Shown here in pieces: positions 37,892 through 50,514 of a stretch of DNA of 64,000 nt. Position numbers and translations under genes: made by a program. Within the stretch, counting starts at the first letter, position 1; every line of letters begins with the position of its first letter. The stretch is from Octopus sinensis (lineage: Eukaryota), in NCBI RefSeq assembly GCF_006345805.1, contig NC_043026.1, positions 13,061,579-13,125,578 of the forward strand, read 5' to 3'. The notes under the pieces are model-generated. The model made no database searches, was not told where the DNA came from, and saw only the letters and a program-made list of their open reading frames with translations.

Positions 37892-39822
37892 GGTTAATAT
37901 AGGGCGTAACAAATATCAGAAAATCAAAAAAAAAATGTGTGTAATAGGTGTAAAACAACTTCCTATGAACGAATATGAAAAAAAAAATTCGCCCACGCGA
38001 AAGGGGGGTGGGGGAGAGGCCTCGGAAAATTCACATCGGGAAGTTCCGAAAGCGTCTGAGGAGCTGACCCGGGCACCAAAACAAAAAAAAATAGTGTAAT
38101 ATGTGTAAAACAACTTGCTCTAAACGAATATGACAAAAAAAAATGCGCTCTCGAGAAAGAGGGGTGGGGGAGAGGCCTCGGAATATTTATATCGGGAATT
38201 TCCGAAAGCGTCTGAACCGGGCACAAAAACAAAAACAAAAACAGCGTAATAGGTGTAAAACAACTTGCTCTAAACGACTATCATGAAAAAAATGCGCGCT
38301 CGCGAAAGGGGGGTGGGGGAGAGGCTTCGGAAATTTCACATCTTCAGTCCACGGCCTTTAAACTAAGAAAAAATAGTGTAATTGGTGTAAAACTACTTGT
38401 TCTAAACGAGTATCAAGAACACACACTCACACATGAATCATAAACTCCGTATTTCGCAAAAAAAAAAAAAAAATAAAGAGAAGAAATTCTGGAAAAAGCG
38501 AAGAAATGTTGGATCTCCGCCATGTGAATCAAAATACGTGTCAGAAACATCTTGAAATACTACAGAAATTATGTTACGAAAATGATAATGTATACATACC
38601 TCTTTGAGTGGTCCATCGATAATGATGATAAAGAAATGAGTTGGATTTGAACTCAGAATATTGACTAACACAACTACATACTACAAGACTCAAAATATTC
38701 AGCCAAGTCACCACCCTTTAACTAGCAATAATAATAACATCAATAACATAACAGCCAAAAGATTTATTTGTTCTGAAAATAACAATCATAGTAAATAAAT
38801 ATGTTCTTTAATATTCACATTCATGTGCACAGTTAAACACACTTGCATACAAACAGTCACGCATGCATAATACAGAACGGAACACATAAATGAAGGATGC
38901 ATTACTTAGTATATATTACATCTAGAGAATTTTGATTAATAAGTCAAATATGCAAATTATAAAGATAATTAATTGCTTTACTAAACAGTGTTGTAAAGGT
39001 GAAAAAATAAATTTGGGAAAAAAATACACGCCAAAACTAATTAATAAAGGATAATTAGGGAAGGATTGACACAAAATAATAATTTTTTCTGTCTCTTTTT
39101 TTCTGATAAATGCATCTTAATAAGTGAGAAGAATTGCATATATCTGAACTATTTCAAAGAAAAGCATAAATTTAATGTTTAAAATAGCTTTAACCAAGGA
39201 ATGAGATCCAACATTTCTTCGCTTTTTCCAGAATTTCTTCTCTTTATTTTTTTTTTTGCGAAATACGGAGTTTATGATTCATGTGTGAGTGTGTGTTCTT
39301 GATACTCGTTTAGAACAAGTAGTTTTACACCAATTACACTATTTTTCTTAGTTTAAAGGCCGTGGACTGAAGATGTGAAATTTCCGAAGCCTCTCCCCCA
39401 CCCCCTTTCGCGAGCGCGCATTTTTTTCGTGATAGTCGTTTAGAGCAAGTTGTTTTACACCTATTACGCTGTTTTTGTTTTTGTTTTTGTGCCCGGTTCA
39501 GACGCTTTCGGAAATTCCCGATATAAATATTCCGAGGCCTCTCCCCCACCCCTCTTTCGCGAGAGCGCATTTTTTTTTGTCATATTCGTTTAGAGCAAGT
39601 TGTTTTACACATATTACACTATTTTTTTTTTGTTTTGGTGCCCAGGTCAGCTCCTCAGACGCTTTCGGAACTTCCCGATGTGAATTTTCCGAGGCCTCTC
39701 CCCCACCCCCCTTTCGCGTGGGCGAATTTTTTTTTTCATATTCGTTCATAGGAAGTTGTTTTACACCTATTACACACATTTTTTTTTTGATTTTCTGATA
39801 TTTGTTACGCCCTATATTAACC
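37892..39822. mobile_element. 1.93-kb foldback DNA transposon: about 625-bp modular TIRs, GG...CC ends, 8-bp TSD
   Basis: ctgacttc|ggttaatatagggcg ... cgccctatattaacc|ctgacttc; arms 37892-38517 and 39203-39822; AT-rich non-coding spacer. Confidence 0.88.
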
Positions 39823-40882
39823 CTGACTTCTTCCTGCGTATTGAATTCGTTCCTGTACTCAACGAACTTTTACCTCACTCACAACATGACTTCAAAACGG
39901 TTCTCACCGCAGAAACAGAAATATAAGCGCCCACACTCTCACTCACACTCACACTCAAAAGTACGCAAACACACCCGTTAGTATTTATGTAAACACATCA
40001 ACCCTCGCTTGCAGCATGGTTACGTCCTATCACGTGACCCGAACTGACCAATGAAAATCCAATAAATCCACTTACCGTCCTCATTCCTCCATTAGACTTC
40101 TTCTATAATGTCGATCGCATTTTTCACGGTTTCATTTCTTTCCCCTTTTTTCATTCAACAACTAATTAAATGGTAACACCCAGTTTAACGTTATTAGTTT
40201 CATACACGACTGACTTCTCTACAGTTCTCTACCAATTCCCACTGGCAGGGTATCTTTCAATTTAACGCTAGCACCAGCGACGACTAAAGGTATTTCTACA
40301 CTTTGGTGCCCCACGAATTTGTTTTCGCGAAATGTTTTCAAATTTGTGTATTTGTAAATAACGCTTTGCAGAGATAATCTTTTGAGGTTGTAGATAACGA
40401 TTATGTTGATAATATTAAAAAAAATAATTGCGTTCTGGATGAGTCTTTTTGTCTCCTCTCCCCCAAATATCTGCAATCTGTTTAAAATTTTCATATTTTT
40501 CCCCTTAATTTTTCTATAACCCTTTCGTTACTGTATTTATTTTGATGCTCTGTGTTTCATTCAATTACTTTAAATATAACAAAGAATTTAGTAAAATAAC
40601 TTAGTTATTAAGCTAGTGATAGGAACATAAATTGTGACCAAGGTTTGGGGGAAGATTTCAATTCAAAACTTATTAAAACAAGACATTTGTACTCAGAGAT
40701 AGAGCCGGTTTTGGCCGGGTTGGTAATGAAAGGGTTAAACATCAACATTACGTAATCTGCGTTCTCGAAAGCGTCCTTTTTGTATAATGTCGTTTAAAAA
40801 AAAATGTATCTTAAAAGGAAACGATGTTGGGAGAGTGACGTATTTTATTAAATGTTATCTGCATAATTGTAATGTAGTTATA

Positions 40883-41045
40883 GGCGCAGGAGTGGCTGTG
40901 TGGTAAGTAGCTTGCTAACCAACCACATGGTTCCGGGTTCAGTCCCACTGCGTGGCATCTTGGGCAAGTGTCTTCTACTATAGCCTCGGGCCGACCAAAG
41001 GCTTGTGAGTGGATTTGGTAGACGGAAACTGAAAGAAGCCCGTCG

Positions 41046-41091
<46 letters not shown>

Positions 41092-41233
41092 GGTCCCGGG
41101 TTGAGTCGGGGTTAACCACAGTAAATAAGGTACTCAATACATAGCAGAGTAAAGTAATTTTTTTTATAGAAGGAGCTTCTACAGGACTAGAACTGTTTCA
41201 TTCATGAAACAGTTCTAGTCCTGTAGAAGCTCC

Positions 41234-41326
<93 letters not shown>

Positions 41327-41545
41327 GATGTGTATGTGTCTATGTGTCTGTGTTTGTCCTCTTAGCATTGCTTCACAACCGATGCTGGTGTGTTTACGTC
41401 CCCGTCACTTAGCATTTCGGCAAAAGAGACCGATAGAATAAGTACTGGGCTTACAAAAGAATAAGTCCCAGGGTCGATTTGTTCGACTAAAGGCGGTGCT
41501 CCAGCATGGCCGCAGTCAAATGACTGAAACAAGTAAAAGAGTAGT
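40883..41545 (+). mobile_element. SINE family A with a palindromic insert in its TA tract
   Basis: Head 40883-41047, insert about 41090-41240, tail to 41545. Confidence 0.75.
41165..41240. repeat. Perfect 37-bp inverted repeat with 2-nt loop
   Basis: tatagaaggagcttctacaggactagaactgtttcat-tc-atgaaacagttctagtcctgtagaagctccttctata. Confidence 0.9.
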
Positions 41546-42091
41546 CTTGAAAAGATATGTAGAATATACACAAGGGGAGTAATTTTTCAGTTTAGGGATA
41601 TTAAAAAAACTAAATGAAATTAAGGGGGAGATAACTAGTAAAGCAACATAAATAAGCCCCCTTACTGTTAAATAACATAAACACTGGATATTAACTTTGG
41701 AATTGATTAGAATGGCACGTGGAAGACAAGCAGGACGCATAGTTTTTTTTTTCCCACGAGAGTCCCGGACCCCAGTTATGGACTCCATTTGCATACAGCC
41801 AATCTGAGCTCAGCTATCGAACTAATTTATGAAGAATGTTGTCTCCAGCTTCTTTTCCTAATTGAAAGATAGTCTACGCTTCCTCTAAGGTTGATTCACG
41901 ACTGAGGATTTCATGTTCAGGAACAATGAGCTGCGGTGCTGCCGGTTTCCCACTTGCCATGCCATTCCGACTGATTGTAAAGTAAAGAATGAGCGAACGT
42001 TTTTCGGTGTCGGTGAAGAACGACAACTCATTTTGGAGAATTTTTACTACTTATCTCCCCCTTAATTTTTAATTACTTTTATAATCTAACC

Positions 42092-42516
42092 AAGTGGTTT
42101 TCAACCAGGGTTCCGTGGAACCTTAGGGTTCCGCAAGATGTTACAAAACTGGGGTTCCACTCCAGCAAAAAGTTTGAAAAGCACTGATATATATATATAT
42201 ATATATTGTATAGTGTTTTAAATATACACATATTTATATATATATATATATAAATAAAATGTGCAATATATGGCTTCATCGAATCCTGTAGAGACTTCTT
42301 TTGTCATATATTTATATATCAGTGGTTTTCAACCTGGGTTCCGCGGAACCTTAGGGTTCCGCAAGAAGTTACAAAACTGCTAAAATCGGCAGTAATTTTT
42401 AATTCTCCTGTGCAGATATGTGTGCATAAGACAATTAAATTATTGCACAGGGGTTCCTCGAGCCAGTGGAATGTTTCCTTGGGGTTCCGCTCCAGCAGAA
42501 AGTTTGAAAGGCACTG
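42092..42516 (-). mobile_element. Second copy of the composite hAT-like MITE dimer
   Basis: Same spacer as 31051-31179 in reverse orientation; TSD atctaacc at 42084-42091 and 42517-42524. Confidence 0.75.
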
Positions 42517-42529
42517 ATCTAACCAGTAG

Positions 42530-42712
42530 GTTAGGAGTGGCTGTGTGGTAAGTAGTTTGCTTACCAACCACATGGTTCCGGGTTCAGTCCCACTGTGTGA
42601 CACCTTGGGGAAGTGTCTTCTGCTATAGCCTCGAACCGACCAATGGAAGTACTATATATACTACACATATTATATAATATTCAACGATTAGGAGTGGCCG
42701 TGTGGTAAGTAG

Positions 42713-42774
<62 letters not shown>

Positions 42775-42807
42775 TACATATATATATACATATATACATA
42801 TATATAC

Positions 42808-42847
<40 letters not shown>

Positions 42848-42856
42848 ACATACATA

Positions 42857-42918
<62 letters not shown>

Positions 42919-42927
42919 CATACATAC

Positions 42928-42984
<57 letters not shown>

Positions 42985-43190
42985 TTGTGTGTCTGTGTTT
43001 GTCCCCCTAGCATTGCTTGACAACCGATGCTGGTGTGTTTGCGTCCCCGTCTCATAGCGGTTCGGCAAAAGAGACCGATAGAATAAGTACTGGGCTTACA
43101 AAAGAATAAGTCCCGGGGTCGATTTGATTCGGGTAAAGGCGGTGCTCCAGCATGGCCGCAGTCAAATGACTGAAACAAGTAAAAGAGTAT
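42530..43190 (+). mobile_element. SINE family A with expanded TA tract
   Basis: Head at 42530 (partly duplicated at 42690), tail to 43190. Confidence 0.7.
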
Positions 43191-43522
43191 ATATATATAT
43201 ATATATATATAACACATACGAGGGGCTGCTGGAAAGTTCCTGGCTTTAAGGGGTATCATGAAGGGCTCGGTTGGGGCCCTAATTTTCCAAGTTCCTTTAC
43301 AGTGCTTAGAAAAACTGAAGGACCTCTGCAGTGTGTGTGAATCTGAGAAGAATGTTGAACGAAATCGTTATTAACTAATCTACCTGTATTTTCTCTTTAG
43401 CACACCCCCATATTTAAACAGACTTCTCAAAAGTGAATAGCCTGCCCCCTGTCACTACCTGGTCCTTCCAACTTCTATTTTTTTCATTTCAGATTACAGT
43501 ATATTGTTTATAGCAACTGGTC

Positions 43523-43981
43523 ATGCCACGAACACCAGATGCGAAAGAGCTGTCAGATTTTCAAAGAGGACGTATTGTGGGTCAGTCTGATAGTGGACGT
43601 AGCCAGCGTAAGATTGCACAAAACCTTGGAATTCCTCTTGCCACAGTCAACAGAGTGATTGTCCAGTTCACCAGCGAAGGAAAGGAGTCAACCGCCTCCC
43701 GCTCAGGTCGACCTGGGCCCTCTGATAAGTGTCTTCAGACTGTTAAAAAAATTGTTGAAAGTAACCCCCATTGCAAGGCAGCTGATGTTGCAGAACAACT
43801 TCAAAAGAGTCGGAGAACTTCTGTGAGGTATCTTCATCAACTTGGTTACTACGGTAAAGTAGCCAGAAGGAAACCTTCTTTGACCCACAGATATCCAAAG
43901 GATTGGACAAATAAAATGGTAGAGAAAGCCAAATGGGTTAAAACATTAAAACCTGCAGAAGAAATGTCAACTACATCCTAA
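43523..43981 (+). CDS. Tc1-derived HTH protein, 152 aa (copy 2)
   Basis: Same length as copy 1, with 4 aa differences; same upstream acceptor tttttcatttcag. Confidence 0.7.
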   Translation: MPRTPDAKELSDFQRGRIVGQSDSGRSQRKIAQNLGIPLATVNRVIVQFTSEGKESTASRSGRPGPSDKCLQTVKKIVESNPHCKAADVAEQLQKSRRTSVRYLHQLGYYGKVARRKPSLTHRYPKDWTNKMVEKAKWVKTLKPAEEMSTTS

Positions 43982-44103
43982 ATGAATTATTTAAACGCAT
44001 CAGATAACATTATTTTCTTTCTTGAAATTAAATCCTTCAAAAAAAAAAAAAAAATGATTGACTCTATTTATTTTTGATATTTACTCTGTGTGTATATGTG
44101 TAT

Positions 44104-44485
44104 CGGAGGCGCAATGGCCCAGTGGTTAGGGCAGCGGACTCGCGGTCGTAGGATCGCGGTTTCGATTCCCAGACCGGGTGTTGTGAGTGTTTATTGAGCG
44201 AAAACACCTAAAGCTCCACAAGGCTCCGGCAGGGGATGGTGATGATCCCTGCTGTACTCTTTCACCACAACTTTCTCTCACTCTTACTTCCCGTTTCTGT
44301 TGTACCTGTATTTCAAAGGGGCCGGCCTTGACACTCTCTGTGTCACGCTGAATATCCCCGAGAACTACGTTAAGGGTACACGTGTCTGTGGAGTGCTCAG
44401 CCACTTACACGTTAATTTCACGAGCAGGCTGTTCCGTTGATTCGGATCAACCGGAACCCTCGTCGTCGTAACCGACGGAGTGCTT
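44104..44485 (+). mobile_element. SINE family B inserted in the copy-2 3' flank
   Basis: Absent at the paralogous position (about 35750) of copy 1; flanked by tatgtgt(g)tatc direct repeats. Confidence 0.8.
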
Positions 44486-44685
44486 TCAACATATGTGTAT
44501 CACCATCATCATCATCATTATCATCAATTAATGTCCATTGTCCATGCTGGCATGGGTTGGGCTGTTTGACAAGGGCTGGCAAATTGAGGACGAAAGGCTG
44601 TTAAGCATTTTGCCAGGCGTGCTAACAATTCTTTCTACTATAGGCACAAGGCTTGGAATTTAGGGGGAGGGGGCCAGTCGATTAC

Positions 44686-45635
44686 ATCGACCCCAGTGTT
44701 TCACTGGTACTTAATTCATCGACCCCCACCGAAAGGATGAAAGGCAAAGTCGACCTCGGCGGAATTTGAACAAACAAGAACAGACAAACGGATTAAGTCG
44801 ATTATATGGACCCCAGTGCGTAACTGGTACTTATTTAATCGATCCCGAAAGGATGAAAGGCAAAGTCGACCTCGGCGGAATTTGAACTCAGAACGTAGCT
44901 GCAGACGAAATACCTATTTCTTTACTACCCACAAGGGGCCAAACACAGAGGAGACAAACAAAAACAGACAAACGGATTAAGTCGATTATATGGACGCCAG
45001 TGCGTAACTGGTACTTATTTAATCGATCCCGAAAGGATGAAAGGCAAAGTCGACCTCGGCGGAATTTGAACTCAGAACGTAGCTGCAGACGAAATACCTA
45101 TTTCTTTACTACCCACAAGGGGCTAAACACAGAGGGGACAAACAAGAACAGACAAACGGATTAAGTCGATTATATGGACCCCAGTGCGTAACTGGTACTT
45201 ATTTAATCGATCCCGAAAGGATGAAAGGCAAAGTCGACCTCGGCGGAATTTGAACTCAGAACGTAACTGCAGACGAAATACCTATTTCTTTACTACCCAC
45301 AAGGGGCCAAACACAGAGGAGACAAACAAGAACAGACAAACGGATTAAGTCGATTATATGGACCCCAGTGCGTAACTGGTACTTATTTAATCGATCCCGA
45401 AAGGATGAAAGGCAAAGTCGACCTCGGCGGAATTTGAACTCAGAACGTAGCTGCAGACGAAATACCTATTTCTTTACTACCCACAAGGGGCCAAACACAG
45501 AGGAGACAAACAAAAACAGACGAAGGGATTAAATCGATTATATCGACCCCAGTGCGTAACTGGTATTTATTTAATCGACCCCGAAAGGATGAAAGGCAAA
45601 GTCGACCCTGGTGGAATTTGAACTCAGAACGTAGC
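44686..45635 (-). mobile_element. Family D SINE body array, about 6 units
   Basis: gaaaggatgaaaggcaaagtcgacc occurs 6 times, mostly at about 183-bp spacing. Confidence 0.7.
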
Positions 45636-46091
45636 GGAAAATTCACAAGATCCGATTTTTCCGTTATAACTTCGGGTAAAATGGATATATATTGACTTTT
45701 TTTAACGGAATCCCACGTTTTTGGTTATGGAGAATCCGATTCTGAAAAAAAAAAAAATTTCATGAAAATCGTATTTTCAAAATGTCAACAACCCCTCTCC
45801 CCCTTCACCCCTCCTCCTCATTTTCCACTTTTTCCGGATATTTTTTTTTTCTCTTTTTTTTTTGCGAAATGCGTTGAAAAATATGAAGATCTCGATTCTG
45901 AAATAAATTTGCAATATATATATATATATATTATTTTATGTAGAAAAATACAAACTGGGACAAGAACGTAAAACATTTAGAAGACGACTCAAAAAACACG
46001 GACGGGACATTCGAAGCCTTCAATCTTCAGTCAAGAACCGGATCATCGTAGCAATTTCGGCTGATTAATCTTGTTTGGATTAACTATATAT

Positions 46092-46131
<40 letters not shown>

Positions 46132-46224
46132 GTTAATCCAAACAAGAAAGCACAAAAAAAAACACAACAACGCGAGGACGTGGAACAAATATAGTATTAT
46201 TGGATGCTCAGGAAAGAAGGAAAG

Positions 46225-46268
46225 AAGGAGGGCTCAACGTTTCGAGCGGAGCTCTTCGTCGGAAACAT
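46225..46268 (-). ncRNA. Degenerate hammerhead-like motif (Penelope-like relic?)
   Basis: Minus strand CCGACGA-a-GAGC-ucc-GCUC-GAAA-CGUU; U4C change, extra A and weak helix I. Confidence 0.3.
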
Positions 46269-46300
46269 AGGAAAAAAAATCGCCAACGGTACACACGAGG

Positions 46301-46369
<69 letters not shown>

Positions 46370-46377
46370 TACATACA

Positions 46378-46439
<62 letters not shown>

Positions 46440-46647
46440 TAAGTCTTTTATTGACCAAATACATTTTTAGTTTTCAATATTAAACAAAACTAACATAAAC
46501 ATGGAAAATAATGTTTATTTTCGTATATTTACATTTGAAAAGATTTCTCCCGTGTTTTTTGTTTTAAATACAAAGTCCCTGAGCAGGTCCTCACTGTGGC
46601 ACCGGGAACACTTTGAAATTATATTTCCGATTTCAAAGAAACTACTT

Positions 46648-47040
46648 TAGGCGCAGGAGTGGCTGTGTGGTAAGTAGCTTGTTTACCAACCACATGGTTC
46701 CGGGTTCAGTCCCACTGCTTGGCACCTTGGGCAAGTGTCTTCTACTATAGCCTCGGGCCGACCATAGTCTTGTGACCGTCTTTGGTAGACGGAAACTGAA
46801 AGAAGCCCATCATATATATATGTGTGTGTGTGTGTTTGTGTTTATCCCCCCCCCCCGCAACATCGCTTGACAACCGATGCTGGTGTGTTTACGTCCCCGT
46901 CACTTAGCGGTTCGGCGAAGGAGACCGATAGAATAAGTGCTGGGCTTACAAAGAATAAGTCCCGAGGTCGATTTGCTCGACTAAAGGCGGTGCTCCAGCA
47001 TGGCCACAGTCAAATGACTGAAACAGGTAAAAGAGTAAAT
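46648..47040 (+). mobile_element. SINE family A
   Basis: Full head-to-tail match. Confidence 0.8.
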
Positions 47041-47364
47041 TTTTCTGCTTATAACAAAACTACGTTAGAATCTTTCGTTCACACTGAAAATATTTTAATA
47101 AATTACAAAAAAAAAAAAAAAAAAATGCATCAAGTCAATGGCCCAGTGGTTAGGGCAGCGGACTCGCGGTCGTAGGATCGCGGTTTCGATTCCCAGACCG
47201 GGCGTTGTGTGTGTTTATTGAGCGAAAACACCTAAAAGCTCCACGAGGCTCCGGCAGGGGATGGTGGTGATCCCTGCTGTACTCTTTCACCACTCTAAAG
47301 GCGGTGCTCCAGCATGGCCGCAGTCGAATGACTGAAACAAGTACAAAAAAAAAAAAAAAAAAAA

Positions 47365-47597
47365 GCCAGGCTCATGGGTCCGGTTTCCCGATTTCAATGG
47401 CGTATGTATGTATTCCCCAGCTGGACGGGACGCCAGTCCATCGCAGCGTTACTCATTTTTGCCAGCCGAGTGGACTGGAGTAACGTGAAATGAAGTGTTT
47501 TGCTCAAGATCACAACACGTCGCCCGGTCCAGGAATCGAAACCACAATCGTACGATCATGATGCTGACACCCTAACCACTAGGTCATGCATCTCCAC
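47365..47597 (-). mobile_element. V-domain-like SINE
   Basis: Minus strand: tRNA-like head, then ctgcgatggactggcgtcccgtccagctgggg. Confidence 0.55.
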
Positions 47598-48049
47598 AAC
47601 GTAAAAGCTAATACATTTTATTAATTCGTTGTCATTTGAGAGAATTTGTGTTGTATATAAAACAATGTTAGTTCAATTTACTGTAATTATTTTGAAATTT
47701 ACAATATTCCTAGAAAGCACCGGAGTTCTTAGTAAAACTTATGGCAGGAAATAGTTTTAGTCAAATATATCAAAATGTTAGAGGTTATTTATTAAACCAA
47801 ATCAAGTTTGTAGTCATATTAGGATTTTTTTAGTTGGAAACAAATTTATTTATTTATGAATCTATGTTGTGGGTGTTACATGTGAAAATATTTTATTTAT
47901 TTGTAGATGTATGAATTCCTAAAATATACACCTTTGCTTTTGTTAATGTGAGTGTCTAAAATATAGTTTTCGTATAATTTGAAGATGCATAAGAAATTCT
48001 CACCGTAAGAAGCTCCGATTCTCTTTAAGAATCCCACACCTGAAATATT

Positions 48050-48883
48050 TTAATTCCTCGGTTCAAACTTTAGTCTTTTGAGCAATGTTGACATAATCTG
48101 AGGCATTTGTTTACAGCTATCGTATTCCAGATTATCCAACTTTCTTAATTCCAAAGAGCCAACACGTTTACAGACAGCAGTTAACAGTTTCATGATTTCA
48201 TATTCAGTGCCATATTTCACCAAAACTTTACTTAAAGTTTGCATAAACCACGAACCCTTACGTTTATGAATGACTGACGGATATTTATCAGACGACGAAT
48301 GGAAAACCAACATATCTGCCATGATTGGAATTTTCGGTGGCTTTCTTTCAGATTCTTCTTCCTCGGCATCTTTTCTTTCGACTCCATCATCAATCTTGCT
48401 TCCACGACATGCTTCAATAAATATTAATTTAGGTATTCCTGTCAGAGATGGACAGCGATCGGGTCTCAGGCAAGAAAGCAATTCGTCCAGCTCAACTTCA
48501 CCCTCGTATCCACGTATAATATCGTTTCCTTTACCGTGGCTCAGAATCGCACAAATAAAGCAATCAATATTAATTTTAGGATCGATTTGGCCCAAATCTT
48601 CTAAAGTCCCGAGCATTTCTTTGGCTGTAAAATCTGTAAATACATTGATATCATCTTCATGAAATCCAAGATTTTCTAAAGCCTTTTTAAAATGTTTTGT
48701 GTCTTTCGATGAGCCGTGACGAGTTTCAAGTCTTGGGTCACTGAAATTTTTCACGTTGAAAATGTAGGCAACACCTCGCTTTTCATGTGTCATGTCATAT
48801 TTTTCGAAACATTTCATTAAATCTTCCTCGGTTGGTAAATCGAACTGGGCGCATGTACTACCATTTACATTTACAGTATCCAT
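48050..48883 (-). CDS. Intronless caspase-3/7-like peptidase C14 A, 277 aa (EACRG)
   Basis: KRGVAYIFN, R.GSSKD, CFICAILSHG (catalytic His), PKLIFIEACRG (catalytic Cys, 48401-48415), IPIMADML, GSWFMQ, KQMP; short prodomain. Confidence 0.93.
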   Translation of the reverse strand: MDTVNVNGSTCAQFDLPTEEDLMKCFEKYDMTHEKRGVAYIFNVKNFSDPRLETRHGSSKDTKHFKKALENLGFHEDDINVFTDFTAKEMLGTLEDLGQIDPKINIDCFICAILSHGKGNDIIRGYEGEVELDELLSCLRPDRCPSLTGIPKLIFIEACRGSKIDDGVERKDAEEEESERKPPKIPIMADMLVFHSSSDKYPSVIHKRKGSWFMQTLSKVLVKYGTEYEIMKLLTAVCKRVGSLELRKLDNLEYDSCKQMPQIMSTLLKRLKFEPRN

Positions 48884-48979
48884 AGTAGTCGCGGCAGCAA
48901 TGCGAAAAAGTGAATTTACTTCCTGGTCTGAAATATTATTCGCGTCACTTCACCCGACTAACGTCAGGTTATTATTGAA

Positions 48980-48990
48980 TGCGCATGCGT
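48980..48990. promoter_or_regulatory. NRF1/EWG-like palindrome TGCGCATGCGT upstream of each caspase ORF (also 53384-53394 and 61054-61064)
   Basis: Conserved 47-100 nt upstream of all three ATGs while surrounding sequence diverges; perfect TGCGCATGCGCA also at 58556-58567. Confidence 0.5.
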
Positions 48991-49451
48991 TAACAAAACC
49001 CAGCTCTCGGCTTCGAAGTGGGAACACAATTGAAAATTATTTTCGGTGAAGTGCGGCTTTTGCGTTCCGGAACCACCGCAAAATATTCCCAGTTCCTTTA
49101 AATTGCATTTCGTCCAAAATGAAAGTGAAGTTCTTTTTCAAAAAGAATTAATTGAAACAACAGTTCGTCGAATGTAAACTGCCATCGGCCGCAGAAATGA
49201 GGTCACACTTCACACAAGCTTCTATAAAAGGAAATGTCAATAAAAATACGGGAGCGACCACGAGGAAACGGAGGATGACCACGTGCTTTTTTATAGGACC
49301 AGAGTCGCCTTCAGATGATAACTTTTCCTTTTTTTTTCTTTCTTTCATTCTTTTTGTTGTTGCTGTTGTGAAAATGCTTATTGCCTTACTGTAATGAGTG
49401 AGCTGGATCGGAGATGATATGGTTTTAAACAACATTAATTAAAACATAATT

Positions 49452-49497
<46 letters not shown>

Positions 49498-49835
49498 TCG
49501 TGAGCATTCTGAAAGAGAAAGAAAGAAACACGATTGCCGATAGAGAAATGCACAGAAGGTTGGTACTACTTAAGAAGAGTGGTCCCGGTGCGCGCACTCG
49601 CGTACTCGCGTACTCGCGCTAGCTAGGCGTGACTAGTCGATCCTACAACGACTACCTAGCAAAGTAAATAAAACACAAAATAAATAATTTTTTTTTTTAC
49701 ACAAAGTAAATAATTTTTCTAAACAAAGTAAATAAAACACAAAAACACCAAGGATCGACTAGTCACGACTAACTAGTGCGGATGCGCGACTACGCAAGTG
49801 CGCGCACCGGGACCACTCTTCTTAAGTAGTACCGC
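49452..49835. mobile_element. CpG-rich foldback element (right arm truncated)
   Basis: ggtactacttaagaagagtggtcccggtgcgcgcact is inverted at about 49795-49832. Confidence 0.7.
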
Positions 49836-49959
49836 TGTTTGGTATCCCCGTATATATGATAATTCAAAATATAAACAATAACAAACCATTAAATAATGTC
49901 TATTTTTGAAATGAAACGAAACTAACAGTAATATGACAAAATAATGTTTATTTCTGTTC

Positions 49960-49962
<3 letters not shown>

Positions 49963-49999
<37 letters not shown>

Positions 50000-50500
50000 G
50001 AAATTATTGTATACAGTGCTCAGGTGCACCACAACTTGTCAAAAGTGCATATAAAGCATATGCAGTAATGTACAAATGTCTGGGAAGCGAACAGTGTATG
50101 AGTCAGATACATGCTTGTGTAGGGGAGAAAATCAGATGTAGTGTTGGCGAATCTCAGAAAGCATGGAAGTTTTGAAGGATGCAGTGCTCCGACAACTAAC
50201 AACTGATGTCGGCAGTTTGTTCCATGCTTCAGCAATTCTCAGCGTGAAAAAACGACTTTATTTACATTGGAGAAGTTTACTCCTTCGTTTCTTCCTTTTA
50301 ATTGCAAAGTCCTCGATCAGATACTCGCTGCGGCCACATGAACTCTTCTAAATTATATTTCTGATCATATAACCGCTTGGAATGTTGCTGTAACAAGGTT
50401 GAAGTGATTTCTTTTGTGATGTAAACCATTTACAATTTTCCTGGTGTCTCCACTTCCCTTGATATCCTAAGCACATGTCTATTCTGCTTAATGGTTAATC
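49963..50500 (-). mobile_element. CR1-clade LINE 3' end with (TTA)n tail
   Basis: Minus-strand peptide FFTLRIAEAWNKLPTSVV; (ATA)n at 49963-49997. Confidence 0.7.
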
Positions 50501-50514
50501 TAGTGCTGTTGATA

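Noticed and set aside
45985-46030. Second hammerhead candidate (CUGAAGA...CGAAU GUC on the minus strand)
   Set aside because: GAAA core broken and helices I/II do not pair convincingly; at most a decayed relic.
48270-48662. Antisense ORFs over caspases A and B (also 52583-53047)
   Set aside because: Shadow frames of the caspase CDS with no recognisable domain.
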